64,000 nucleotides of DNA from Eledone cirrhosa (Eukaryota), in assembly GCA_964016885.1 (NCBI GenBank), contig OZ024742.1, positions 327,546,001-327,610,000 on the forward strand, written 5' to 3'. Position numbers and translations under genes: made by a program. Below, piece after piece: positions 40,015 to 55,093 of this stretch (position 1 is the first letter of the stretch; every line of letters begins with the position of its first letter). The notes beneath the pieces are model-generated. The model made no database searches. It saw only the letters and a list, made by a program, of their open reading frames with translations, and was not told where the DNA came from.

Positions 40015-42364
40015 TAATGATTCATCTTTTGTCTACGTATCTACCTTCATATGGCATAGTAGTTAAAGTGATTAGAGTGTTCGGCTTACGATTGTAATAT
40101 TGCGAGTTTGATTTCCGGCGGCGTGCTGTGTCTTAGAGCAAGACACAGCATATAGTTCCAGTCCGCTCACCTAGCAAGATAATAATGGTTTCTTATATAG
40201 GCACAAGGCCAGCAATTTTGGAGGAGGGGAAAGTCGATCAAATCGACCCAAGTTCGTGACTGGTATTTTATTTCATCGACCTCGTAAGGATGAAAGGCAA
40301 AGTTAACCGCGGCGGGATTAACCCAGCAAAATAATAATAATTATACTTATAATGCAAAGTGCCATTCACGTTACACAGTGTCACTCGGAATGTCCATGAG
40401 AATTATGTTAACATTGTACATCATTGTTCACCTTAGCCACTTGCATGTAATGTCACGAGCAGGCTGTTCCATTGGTTGAACAACTGAACACTTTTCTCTG
40501 GAATTAACTGATGCATTTGTGCACAACTTTACGTACAAATGCATCAACCCCAACCCATGCCTTATTATAGATCATCTGTTTCCATTTCCATAACGATAGC
40601 TCTGGTCAATAGTATGTGCAGCATTTCTGTCCAAGGAATGAAACATTCCCGAGAAATATATATTAAATCTTCAATAAAGAAACGTTGCACGTTGGTGAAA
40701 TATTTCCATGTGCAGAACCATCCTCTCACGAGATGTACGAAAACCCCAATATATATATTCCTAAATAACCAGGCTGCGTTCCGTCGAGTTGATCGATAAA
40801 GTGAATTGGTCGGTAAATGAACTTATCTCTTAAGAACGAGGATCCATTGGGACCTGGTCGTAAAGCGAATTGGTCAGTCAATGGACTGCTCACTTATCAA
40901 CAAAATTCCATCCTAGTAACATATTCATTACATTCCCTTCGATATTGTTTTAATGTTCCCCGGTAGATGATAGGGTTCATGAGAGTATAAAATGTTAGAA
41001 CTCAAAGAACGAAATTTTTAGAGGATGTCTGCATCCCAGAGGCCAATTCCTTGCTAAGTGGAAACATTCAACTGATTTTCAACCACCTTAAATTGAATTA
41101 TATCTTTTCTTAATATCTTTCCTTTTTCCATTCTTACATAATACGTTACACCTTCAATACTACTCAACTCCATACCTTAATGCATTTTAATATCACTATA
41201 TTACATACGACCACATGGTACCATACGTCTACTATAATGCACACATACTAACACGAGTACACCTACTTTGCTATTTCAAATTTTAACTACGTTTCCGCTA
41301 ATGGTTTAAGGTGCCTAAATATTCATGAATAAACACCGTCACGAAATTCCTACCCCTGATCCAACTGAAGGTGGATGGTGAGAGGAGAGGGAGAGACAGA
41401 GAGACAGACAGATATACAGATAGAGGGAGAGACAGACAGATAGACAGAGAAATGGAGAGACAGACAGATAGAGAAAGAGCTGTCCCAGCACTGGTTTGGT
41501 ACTTTCTTTGTTAATCACGAAACGATGGAAATCAAAGTTAATAGATATCTGACGTGCTAACTACTCTTCCCAATCGACCGCCTTACAAATACACATTCTT
41601 GTAGTAAATCTGTACTGAAATATAGAGGAAGGATAATCAAACTATGCTGTTTTTTAATGAGTTTTCTATTGACTTCAATAAAACCTTGCTTTATACAACC
41701 TCTGTCACCACAGAGACCTAAACTTCATAACCATTGACGTAAATGGTCTTTTTTAGAAACTAGAGGTGCATAAAAGTCTCGATGTTGAGGTGGAGAAGGA
41801 GGGATGGATGAACAGATGCTTTAAAACTTTTTACACATCCCTGAAAAATGAAAGTAAGGGAACGCCACACTCCCGCGTACTTACCCACAATTTCCATCAC
41901 TGCCCATATATACCTAAAAACGTATAGTTTTAGATATACGTATACATACACATACTCATACACACACATACATACACACACAGAGTTCAGAAAGTGGAAT
42001 AAATTAGTAGCAGCGAGGAAGTGATAAAACTTTTAACGTTTCAAGTAGAAAAACCACTTCGAGAGAGAGATGGTGGGGAGGAGAGAGGGAGAGAAAGAGT
42101 GGAGAGAGAGTGAGGAGGGCGAGGGGAGAGAGAGAGAGGAGAGAGGGAGAGAGGGATCCACTGTTAAACATTTCATTCTTTTACATTTTGTTTTACTAGT
42201 TTCTGTTATTATACTGCAGTCATGCTGGGGTACCAGTAAAGTGCATGGCCAAGTGGTTAGGGCGTTGGCTTCACGATCATAATGTTGTGGGTTCAATTCC
42301 TGGATCAGGCAGCACTTTGTGTTTTTGAGCAAGGCGCTTCATTTCTCACTGCTTTTCGAGAAAT

Positions 42365-43225
42365 CACCATAAAAAAGTCTTAATACAACCAGAACGCATA
42401 AATTTGTTTTTAAAAAAATTTAAAAAATTCACCGATAGAACCTCCCAAAAGTCAATCAGAGCTATCGCAAAAGTCCTTATGCTTTCAAACTGCACCATCC
42501 GAAGAGTTGTCCATTGAGACATCCGATACAAGTTGTATGTGAAGCGGAGACGCCAGCTCATGTCACATGTGACAAAAGAAAATAGTTTGATCCATGCAAA
42601 GTATTTACTGAATAAGATACAACTTCAAGAAGCTGGAATGCTTTGGTTCTTTTCTGATGAGAGAAACATTGATCAGGACCGAAAGGTAAACCGAAGGAAC
42701 GATAGATGGCTCTATATAAATACAAACGTGGTTCCAACGGTGATGCACACCAAATTTCTAGCGACTTTGATGGTTCCGGATGTCGTCAGCAACGAGTGAT
42801 ATGTCATGTCTCTTAAATGTTTTTCTTAGGGCTTAAGAGTTAATGATACTGCTAACAAAGAGGTGTTGTGAAACCCTGGATAGACAGTGTAAGTAACGGA
42901 AGACCGCTCGTCTTCCAACAAGACTTTGCACCCTCTCATAAGGCCAGAACGACATAAGCATGGATGCTCGTCAATCCTCATGAAACCGCTCTTCCAGACA
43001 CATGGCCTCCTAGCTCACCAGACCTCAATCCCCTGGACTATTACGTATAAAGTTTAGTTGAAAAAGAGGTTAATCTTCACCCTCACAACACTATTAGAAT
43101 CTCTCATGTCCGCCATTACCAGCACAATGTCCAGTATTCGTAGAAGTCATCTGATTCAGGCATGCCAACAATTCAGACCCGATATTGAAGCAGCCATTGA
43201 AGCTAACGAAGGATTCCTTGAATAG
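42365..43225 (+). pseudogene. Tc1/mariner-superfamily transposase remnant (maT/DD37D-like)
   Basis: SIRAIAK...TIRRVVH*DIRYK, WFFSDE...VNRRNDRW, VFQQDFAPSHKA, WPPSSPDLNPLDY, ...IEANEGFLE*; stops and frameshifts. Confidence 0.9.
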
Positions 43226-43493
43226 ATATAATGCTATGCGTCGTTTTCTAAATTGTCTTCAAATGTCCTAAAATATCTAACGCACCTGTATGGTATATAC
43301 ATTCATTTTCGACAACGTGGAAATCCCAAACGCAGGAAATAACAACTGGGAGATTTTCTCTGATTTTTCAAGGTATTATTTATACCAATCGACTGTTGTG
43401 ACAGTCACTCTCTACGTTTGGGCTTCCCACACAGTCTAAAATGAATTTCAAATTACCTAGTACTCCGATAGTTTGAATAAAAAGCACTCCCGC

Positions 43494-43537
<44 letters not shown>

Positions 43538-43587
43538 GGAAAAAATGAAACGAAATTTCATTTCTCACTCTTAGTACGGCTTTTACT

Positions 43588-43815
43588 TACATATATGTAT
43601 ACAGACGTACAGTAGTATGTATATATATATATACATACATGCAGACATATATATATATCTACGTATGAATTTACCGAACATTTATTATAATGCTCGGTTT
43701 GTTTGTAAACAAATCGAGCATTATAATAAATGTTCGGTAAATCCATACGTAGATATATATGTGTGCAAGTATGTATATATATACATACTACTGTACGTCT
43801 GTATACATATATGTA
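43588..43815. repeat. Imperfect palindrome, about 110-bp arms
   Basis: Centre tttgttt-gt-aaacaaa at about 43705. Confidence 0.9.
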
Positions 43816-43931
43816 TGTACGTATACATACTTATATATATATAGTAATAATAATAAATTTGAAGACTAAAATCCAAAGAGGCCTCGATAAGGATAAATAT
43901 ATATCAAATATATAAGAACCGTAGACCAAAT

Positions 43932-44026
43932 ATTTATTAAAATAACAGATTAAAGTTTAAGCAAAGAATCGGTGCTTTCACCCAAGCGATTCTTTGCTTA
44001 AACTTTAATCTGTTATTTTAATAAAT
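43932..44026. repeat. Perfect hairpin, 40-bp arms, 15-nt loop, next to (TA)n
   Basis: atttattaaaataacagattaaagtttaagcaaagaatcg and its reverse complement. Confidence 0.95.
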
Positions 44027-44365
44027 GTATATATATATATATACAGACGACTTCCAGCACTGGGGATTTGGGGGTTTAATCCCTTCCAATAATATGGAAA
44101 CTTAAAGTTTTGTTAGTTAAAATAAATTGTCAGTAATGATGTAAAATAATTTGTTTCTATATTTTGATTTTTACTACACTGATTTTCAATTGATTCTAAA
44201 TATGATCATGTTTTTAATTTCTTTCTTAGTTTCGTATTGATGATAAACATTCATGAGCTAATAATAATAGTAATACACATGTATCTTATATAAACTGAAT
44301 TCCCTCTAATCTGGTATATATATATATATAAATATGGTTTTATAAATATAGTTTCCATTTATTTA

Positions 44366-44406
<41 letters not shown>

Positions 44407-44574
44407 TATAGTATATTTAGCAATATACTGTATGTTTAATTAAAAACATTTAGAAGACCATTCGCTATGAGTTTTAAAGTAGTGACTATGTCACTTATTC
44501 TCGGCAAATAACAACTGAGAGTGATCGACAGGCAGTCTGTTTTTCATTTGTGAGCGTTTATCAAGACCACACAC

Positions 44575-44935
44575 TCCATACTTTGGAAGGGTCATGCTGC
44601 CAATAAAAACACACGCACCTATTGGTTTTCACTTCAATTCATAATCAATTTCCGGTTGGCTGGTTCAACAGCAGAATTGTTGTTTATATATTGCCAAAGC
44701 TCTTTCGTCACGCATTCTGTGCCCTCCTCAGTGACTGATTTCTTATTTTGTGTTTCTCTTTTGTTCTTTCCTACGCTATCTCGAACCACCAACCAGAAAT
44801 TTATAATAAATTGAAGTGAAAACCAACAGGTGCGTGTGTTGTTATTGGCAACATGACCCTCCCAATGTATAACTATTTGTTTCAACACACGTTTTCAGAT
44901 AAGAAATCTTGCAAAACAAGTTAAAAAATGGAGTA
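44575..44935. mobile_element. Older fold-back copy of family P3 with a degenerate HHR on the - strand
   Basis: Inverted arms homologous to 27.0-27.5 kb; minus strand gtcaCTGAGGAgggcac...gtgacGAAAgagctt. Confidence 0.7.
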
Positions 44936-45066
44936 TATATATATATATAAGTTAAGTGGAAATATCCAAGTGTAAGAACACTGAGTCCATAGGACGTTCT
45001 CATGACAGGCTGAATGAATCGGGGCCCAGAACCACCCAATGAAACTTGAGTACCTGTTTATATCAC

Positions 45067-45180
<114 letters not shown>

Positions 45181-45401
45181 CCAATCTTGCCTCAAGTGGG
45201 ACAATTCCCGTCTAAACTCATTCTAGCGTGGAAGATAGACGTTAAACGATGATGATGATGATGATAATGTATGTATATATATATAATTTTTCATCGGAGC
45301 TGAAATTGCTTATCTGCTTGTTTTTTCTTACATTGGCATAAATATATTTATATAAGATAAACTTAGGGAGATCATTATAGTGGGTTTTCATATTAAATAT
45401 A

Positions 45402-45873
45402 CTAGCCGAAAAACTACCCTCGGGTGGTTTTCTGCTAGCATGTGTATTGTGTATATTGATATTATACGCAGGTATGTATACATGTAGATATGATACATCA
45501 AATAAAATCGTAATTGACAATATATAATACATAGAAATTGAACGAAGTCTTATGTAATCAGTAACGTAATCCATGATACATTAAAAAAGACGATATTATA
45601 TATAAACTACATTAGGAGAAAATTAGTGACGGAAAATTAGTATGTTTATTTAAGCGATCGCCACCGGAAGTGTTGACATTTCAGAAATTTTAAAGAAGTG
45701 AATCTTTAAATGAACAAAATATATTTAATGAACAGCCACGAAATTTAGTAGATAAATTATGTAATATTCATTCATTATTTATTCAAAATAATCCAACTTA
45801 TTTTACAAACGGGATAAAGAAAAATAAATAAACCGTACGCAATCCCGCAGACCTTCCTTTATTATAGTTTAGA
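45402..45873 (-). mobile_element. Non-autonomous Helitron, copy 2
   Basis: Homologous to 15805-16297; a|TC...accacccgagggtagt...CTAG|t. Confidence 0.85.
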
Positions 45874-46553
45874 TTTATGTCAATGTAAGAAAAAACAAGC
45901 AGATAAACAATTTCAGCTCCGATGAAAAATTACTGAGAACATTGAACGAACTTGGAGAGAAGGTGTGGGGCGGTGAAGTGGAACTGGAGAGGTGGTGTAA
46001 TACAACAGAATAACAGTGTCTAAGCAAGACACTAAATTTCACATTTTCCCATTCCACTCAGATGGCAAACACGTGTTGAGTCTGAATTTCAAATGTCTAG
46101 CCTTGTCACACATTGCGTCATGCCGAATCCTCCTGATAATTACGTTAAGGGTACACGTGTCTGTGGAATGCTCAGTCACTTGCACTATAATGCACAATGG
46201 AATCGCTCCAAGGGTGCACGTATATGGAATGCTCAGGCACTTGCATGGTTATTTAACAAATAGGTTGTTCCAGTGATGAAACAAGTGGAACACTCAATGT
46301 CGTAACCAAAAGAGTTCCAACAAGAAAGATTTCTAAGCCATGTATCCTTTCCGTCCTATCCCAGGGATATTTCACCGACATTATCCAGCCTGTTGATATG
46401 GGGAAGATTAGGCTTCTATTTATAACAGGTCGATTAACAACGGAAAGGGTCCCTCGTTTGGTTAGGAATAAGGTCAATCGTGACGATGAGTCTATATAAA
46501 TATTGTACATACATTGTGTAAAGAAATACAAACACAAACAAAGACACACTCAC

Positions 46554-46585
<32 letters not shown>

Positions 46586-46669
46586 ACAAAAACCCATACA
46601 CACACACATATATATGTATATATATAGGTGTGTATATATATATTTAAATATATATGTTTTAAAAATCTG

Positions 46670-46702
<33 letters not shown>

Positions 46703-46705
<3 letters not shown>

Positions 46706-46860
46706 CAAAGGAATTGTGGTAAGGAACCAGATGGACCATAATGCACCAGAGTACTCAATACTTAGGGTAGTAGAGTGGGAAATAGGAAAAAGTATGACCC
46801 CGACGGCAGAGCTCAAGCCGTTTCGAAACGGCTTGAGCTCTGCCGTCGGGGGTCATAATT

Positions 46861-46864
<4 letters not shown>
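46703..46864 (-). mobile_element. Family P1, copy 2 (loopless hairpin 46786-46864)
   Basis: Centre gccgtttc|gaaacggc; tail shared with the other P1 copies; flanked by (TA)n. Confidence 0.85.
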
Positions 46865-46904
<40 letters not shown>

Positions 46905-46914
46905 TGTACTCTTG

Positions 46915-46945
<31 letters not shown>

Positions 46946-47024
46946 TATCAAGAGTACAAGAAAGAAACAAATAAGAGTATGCAAATAAGAGTATGCAAAC
47001 AAATAAGAGTCTTATGAGGTAAAC

Positions 47025-47060
47025 AGTCAACGTGTCGGGCATTTGCCCTTCATCAGGAAT
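47025..47060 (-). ncRNA. Degenerate hammerhead
   Basis: CTGATGA-a-gggca(aa)tgccc-GACA-cgtt, with GAAA mutated; close to the small hairpin at 46902-46961. Confidence 0.45.
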
Positions 47061-47573
47061 AACAGAGTTCGGAGTGTAGAATGAAGAAAGAATAAACAAG
47101 GAAAAACGCAAAGAAAATAATAAAAATAAAATGAAAATGAAATTAAAAGAAGGGGGGGGGGTAGAAATTGTGATGGGTGGAGGAGTGGTCCTGCGTCAGG
47201 TGTGGGGTTCGAGGTGAGGGGTGCCGACGTGTAGTTAATGTGTGTAGCTGGGGTCTCATATTATGTGTACGTTTGAGAATGTTATATCTGTTGTTGATGG
47301 AATTACGCGCACACACGCATGAATATGCACACAAACATACACATGTGTATGTGTACACACATATACACACACATACACACGTATACACACGTATACACAC
47401 GCACACATGCACATTCGTAGATGCGTGCGTGTTTAGAATTAGTGTCCTTGTGTACGCACTTGTGCGTTTGTGTGTATGTTTGTATGTGTGTTTGAGAGCG
47501 GTGTGCGATTATAGGTGTGTAGTGTATGGCCACATGTATTAGTGCATGTGTATGTATGCATGTTTATGTGTGA

Positions 47574-47669
<96 letters not shown>

Positions 47670-49059
47670 AGCCAGGTGTGTTTTTCTATCCAAGATGATT
47701 CGAATTGGATTTTTCGTATCCAGTAGGGTCCGAGTGGGTAAGTCCGGTGTATAGGTGGCTGTATGTGAAGTATGGGTAAAAGGAAGTATGGGTAAAAGGA
47801 AGTGAATAGATTAGCAAAATTTAATAAATGGGAGTGGGAAGGGGTATAAGAGCGGGTTTGGGAAAACAATCTGAAAAATTAAAAAGCGGGTGGGGGAACA
47901 ATTGTTCGAGACCCGAGAGTATGTACTGACCAAAGAGTAATAAGGAAAACAAAGAAATATTGTATGCAACATCCTATATTTAATGAAGTCCTTGACTTGG
48001 GCCCTTGATCGTAATTGCTGCCCCCCGGAATTATTCACTAATTTGTGTCGTTGATTTTTGGGAGAAGGGAAGGGGCTTAGTCCTAGTCAAACCTAAATAA
48101 AGCCTATTCTAGTCATGTCTATCCTGTCTTTTGGTATTTCTAGGACTACTGAGTCCTTTTTTGGCTTGAGATAGATTTGACTGCTGTTTCTAGCTACTCA
48201 TAGTACCACGTATAGACTCCCACATTTCATTAGTGTTATTCACTAGTAGTGGTTGTTGTTCCACACTAAGTCACCTTAATGGAGGAGAACTATGATAAGA
48301 TCTACTTTAATCATCACAACCTCATTGCATCTGATTTAGTTTCCGACCGACGATATTATGAAATAAACGGCGAATTGGCAGAATCGTTAGAAGATCGGAT
48401 AGAATCCTTTGCAATATTCATTCGTGGTCTCTTCTCTCTGAGTTCAAATCCCGCCGAGGTCATCTGTCCCTTTCACCCATTTAAGGTCGATAAAAATAGT
48501 ACCAGCCGATTACTTCTCTATATATTTTTCTCACTTCTATTCTCTAACTCTTTCACTGAAAGAAACCTGGAGAAGTGAGGGCGTCCGCCAGTTTAAAAGT
48601 TTTCATAGAAACACCGTATGTCAATATGGTGTCCCTACCACTTCCTCGTGAGTTACGGTTCCATCTATTATATTATCTATTAGGGCGGTGGTTTGGCAGT
48701 ATCGGTCAGACACCATGCTTTGCAGCATAGTTATGGCCCTTTGCGTTCTGAGTTCAAATCCCGCCGAGATTAACTTTACCTTTCATCGTTACGAGGTTGA
48801 TAAAATAAAATACCAGTGATGCACTGAGGTAATCGCTGGCCTTGTGCCAACAGTAGAAACTCTATTATATTATCTAATGTGCCTACAATATATTTTAATA
48901 AGGTAAGGCATGATGAGAGAGGAATGTGGTGACCATTTCAAGCAGGCAAAGAGATCACATAGATGTCGGTTTCTCTAGATACATTCACTAGAAGTTACCC
49001 TACGTACATTCATCTCGTAAAAACCTTGTATATAGCATGGAGAATTAATCACATTTTAC

Positions 49060-49710
49060 TTGATACAATATACAGGTAAGTGAGTGTATATTGATATACA
49101 CAATACAGGTAAACTGAGTGTGTAATGATATACACTATACAGATAATGTGTGTATATTAATATATACTATACAGGTAATGTGTGTATATTAATATACACT
49201 ATACAGGTAACTGAGTGAATAATAATATACACTATACACAATACAGGTGACAGTGTATATTAATATACTTCATACAGGTGACAATGTATATTGATATACA
49301 TTGTACATGTGACAGTGTATATTGATATACACCATACAGGTGACTGAGTGTATATACCCAACACAGGTAATTGAGTGTATACTAATATACACTATACAGG
49401 TAATGTGTGTATATTGATATACACTATACAACTATATACACTATACAAATATATGACTGAATGTATATTAATATACACCCTACATGTGACAATGTATTTT
49501 AATATATACATCATACAAGTGATTGAGTGTATAATGATATACACTATATAAATATCAGTGTATATTAATATACACCCTACAGGTAACTGGGTGTATATAT
49601 ATGTATCATACACCGATAACTGATAATATACTGCATACCAGTAATTCAGTGAATATTAATAAACAGGTTAGTGAATATATAGATTAGTGAGTGTATATAA
49701 ATGTATAACA
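49060..49710. repeat. Degenerate ~30-33-bp minisatellite with palindromic core gtgtatattaatatacac
   Basis: Direct reading; outlier units at about 50900-50960. Confidence 0.85.
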
Positions 49711-49714
49711 TACA

Positions 49715-49886
49715 CAGTGTCGGATTTACCATTGTGCTTAGGTGTGCTTAAGCCCAGGGCCCCGTTGGCCAGGGAAGGGAGGCAATCTTCCTGCCCCCCC
49801 CCCCATTTTTACGATGAATTTTTGAACTGTTTGTTGCCTCAAAACTTAACTAACACAGGGACTCATTTGTCCTAAATCCAGCACTG
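49715..49886. mobile_element. hAT-like MITE
   Basis: TIRs cagtgtcggattta / taaatccagcactg; 8-bp TSD AACATACA at 49707-49714 and 49887-49894. Confidence 0.85.
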
Positions 49887-50008
49887 AACATACATGTAAT
49901 TCAGTTTATATAAATATGCTACATACAGGTAATTCAGTACTAGATTTACATAAGGGCTAAGTATGCTGCAGCTCAGGCCTTCATAGTCAAGAGGGCCCAG
50001 TCTTGTTT

Positions 50009-50066
<58 letters not shown>

Positions 50067-50213
50067 TTTAATTTTATAATATTATAATATTATAAAATTA
50101 AATCAAACTATTTAGATCTACAAGTGCAGTCATTCTTTTCCTTTTTTTCAAATATACCTAACTGTACCAAGGATCTCACACATTTTCCAATATATACATA
50201 TACATACACACAC

Positions 50214-50264
<51 letters not shown>

Positions 50265-51371
50265 TTTGCTTACTTAATATTCGATATATATACATATATA
50301 CAGGGACTGTGGAAGCATTTCTGATTTGGGGTGGGGAAGAAAATTTTGTCAATTTAGTTGTAGTGATTAGTTTAGCTGTTATCAAATATCAACCAATATA
50401 TAAAAATACTTCGATATGTGATAAATATAACATGTATATATATTTTAGTGTATATGTAAATAGATGTGTGTTTTGGTAATTTGGGGTGAAAAATATAATT
50501 TAGAATGTTATGATTTTTAATACAAATTTCGAATATAATAATTATTGAGTATTTTCCATTTCTTTGCGTGTTTTCCGTTTCAGAGGTCGGCATGAATCGA
50601 TGCTGAAGTATCAGCATCATTCTATGTATATTTTTTTATTAAGTTTTTATTGCGTTTCTTGCAAGCAGATACTTGAGGGCTTCAAATGCTAGCCAACTAA
50701 CGGTCTTATTTCAGGGGCGGTGGAATAAGAGCAGGTGTGGGTGGAAAAATCTGAAGAATTAATAAGTGGGGGCAGGGGGTTATTATTCCTGACTCGAGAG
50801 TACTTTTAATTTTTATTAAATTCTTTGCGAGCAGGTACCGGACAGTTCTAGATATTCGGAAGAAAAGGGTCGTTTTAACTCGGTGCTGATGTACGACATA
50901 TAGGTTACTGAGTGTATATTAAAATACTATATACAGGTAACTAAGTGTATATTAATATAATTGTTTCTACTTTTGGCACAAGGCCAGCAATTATTCCAGT
51001 GTATTACTGGTACTTTATTTTATCGACCCCGTAAGGATGAAAGGCAAAGTTAACCACGGCGGGATTAGTATATTAATATAATGCACACAGGTAACGGTAT
51101 GTGGATATTCTACATACATGCGTATAGGAAATGCCAGGCATGGTTTTAACTTTTCACTTGAAATAAACTACAAATATTAATATACAAGGAGCTACTTTAA
51201 AAATATATTTAATTTTACTGATTTCGAACCTATGACTTGTGGCCAAGCTGGGCACAGCCTTCAATATTTGTAGTCGTTCATATAGCTTTCTACGGTGTAA
51301 ATATATAAATATATATATATATACACACACGTACATACATCCACACACACACACACACATACACATATATA

Positions 51372-51436
<65 letters not shown>

Positions 51437-51438
<2 letters not shown>

Positions 51439-51632
51439 GTTATTCCGGGTTGAATCGGAGGTAACCACAGTAAGTAAGGTACTCAATACATAGCAGAGTA
51501 TAAAAGTTTTAATATAGATGAGATTCTACAGGACTAGAACTGTTTCATTCATTAGAAATCATCAGGAATTCCTGATGATTTCTAATGAATGAAACAGTTC
51601 TAGTCCTGTAGAATCTCATCTATATTAAAACT
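51437..51632 (-). mobile_element. Family P2 fold-back fragment with back-to-back hammerheads
   Basis: Perfect palindrome 51505-51632 centred on ggaa|ttcc; flanked by (TA)n. Confidence 0.85.
51568..51614 (+). ncRNA. Type I hammerhead (mirror on - strand at 51523-51569)
   Basis: attc-CTGATGA-tttctaatgaat-GAAA-cag(ttctagtc)ctg-TA-gaat; stem II is weak. Confidence 0.65.
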
Positions 51633-51755
51633 ATATATATATATATATATATATATGCATATATATATGTCGAAGTATACAATGGACTTTTAAGTAAGAA
51701 AACCTATCACAGAATGTTAACTAATTGTATGTTTGTAATGATGTACGTGCACCTG

Positions 51756-52872
<1,117 letters not shown>

Positions 52873-53980
52873 AGAAAAATAAATTGAAAATGCAACTGGA
52901 GTCTTTTAAGAATGTTTATCTATTTCCTTTACCGGTTTCACAGTTCATATGCTTATATATATATTTGATATATATACAATAATCTTACATATGTATACGT
53001 ATGATTAAATCGACTCCTGTGTGTAAACTGGTGCTTTAATTATCACTCCCCCCCCCCGTAATGACGAAAGGCAAAGCTTACCTCGGCGGGATTTGAACAC
53101 AGAACGTAAAGGGCTATAACTATCTGACGCTCTACCGATCCTTTAAATGCAAATAATAATACTAATGATAATAGGCACAACCAGGGCCATTATAAAGCAA
53201 CTAGGAGCCCTTAGCTCGAGACATGTTTCCCCCTTGCCCACCGGCTCGCAAGAAACATAATGAAAATTAAAAGTTTAAGAATGCAAACTTACTAGAATAG
53301 GGATGCTGAGTGTTTAGCATTGATCCATGCCAACCTCCAAAATAAAGGAAGCACCCAAACAGAGGGCCGGATTAAAGCATCTATGAGACCTTAAATAGAT
53401 GGGGTCAAAAGCTTCTGCTCACAAAAATGTAGATGTATGTAGCCCTACGCATAGTAGGATGCTGAGTTTCCTCTGCATCGATACCTGCTAACTTCTAAAA
53501 CATCGTAAGAAATATATTTAATAACAATTAAAATAGCTAACGAAATGTAACAATTGTTATATGTTAACATGCGGCGAACTGAACGACTCGGATAATGATT
53601 TGCGGTATACTTTCCAGCCCTCTGCATTCGCGGGTCTACCTTGCCTTTTATTCTTTTTGAGGTCGATAAGAAAAGTACAAATCCAGTAATTTGGCAGAAA
53701 TCGGCCGTGTTCAGACCAAGAGAGGGGCTGGGTTTCACCGGGTTTAAAATGCCCTAAATACACTGTATGTCATATACGACTCCAATAGGGGTTCCATATA
53801 TACATATACAATATTATAAAGTTGTGACCAAAATGTATTTCAGAATTTATCTTTTAATATTTATTAAAAAAAACAAGATACGACCCCTTGGACTACGAGG
53901 CCCTGGGCTGCACCCCCACTTAGTCGTTATGTAAATTCGGTCATGAGTAAACAATAAATATATAGAAAATGTCGACTTAC

Positions 53981-54020
53981 CGATCGTATGAAGATCCTGG
54001 TCACTTGTAGTCACTTCCAT
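53981..54020 (-). CDS. Candidate first coding exon (MEVTTSDQDLHTI + phase-1 donor) of an unidentified host gene
   Basis: ATG at 54020-54018, 13 open codons, then TCG|GTAAGT. Upstream lies ~0.9 kb of transposon-free, UTR-like sequence followed by GA-rich repeats. Confidence 0.35.
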
Positions 54021-55027
54021 AAGGTAAAGATTTTATAGAAATATATTATATATTGGTGAGAAAAACACAGAATTATATTTTCATATAAACTTGATACTGA
54101 GTATTCTGTAGTTGTTGTCGGGTTAAATATTGTGTTGTTATTATGATATTGTGTTGTTATTGTTGTCAATATTTTGTTGTTTATAAAGTGTAGAGCGATG
54201 TGATAAATTACTTTTCTGTGAAAAAAAAAATCAAAAACAAAACCAAAATATTTCACTTTTTTTTGTTTACCATGAAATGTTGTTTCATTTAAAGTACCGT
54301 AATAGTTACTGTTGTTGATTTATTTACTTATATAATATTTACCTTACTTATTCCTACTTATTATTGCTATTGTTTCAAAGTTCAGGGTCATTTCTCGAAC
54401 TTTCAATCTTTCTCTCTCTTCCTCTCTCTCACTCACTACATATATATCTCCCCCTCACACTTTCTTTTATATTCGTTTTTTGTTCCTTCTAAAGCAGCCG
54501 ATAGCTTTGTGTTACCCGCGTTACCTGTGATTATTATTTTTTTGAAAATATTCCATTAAGTTATATCCAATAATTTACCATTTTGTTGGAAATATTTGTG
54601 TTTTGTTTTTTCTCGTCTGTTTTTGAAAAAAAATTAGGAAGAAGAATATATTCCCTTCTTCATAATTATAACTGGACAGCACCCACAGCATCAATATCAA
54701 CAACAATAACATTTAAACTATACTAAAATAACAACTAGGAACTTTCTCTTATTCAGTCCTCCGATCTATAGGGATAAACACAGAAGGTGGTGTATGTATA
54801 TACGTATACACATGCACACATACATGTCTATATATATCATTTGCTATATACATAACAACGTGATATGTAGGCAGCCGTTCTCTTTCTCTTCGGTTGTCTG
54901 CTGGTCACAACTTTAGTTTGTTTTGTTTGTTAATTTTTTTACCTCTGTCACTTGACTGTCCTCCTCCTTCTTTACCTTCACCACCTCCTCATACTATCTA
55001 ACACACACACTCTCTCTATCTCACACA

Positions 55028-55093
<66 letters not shown>

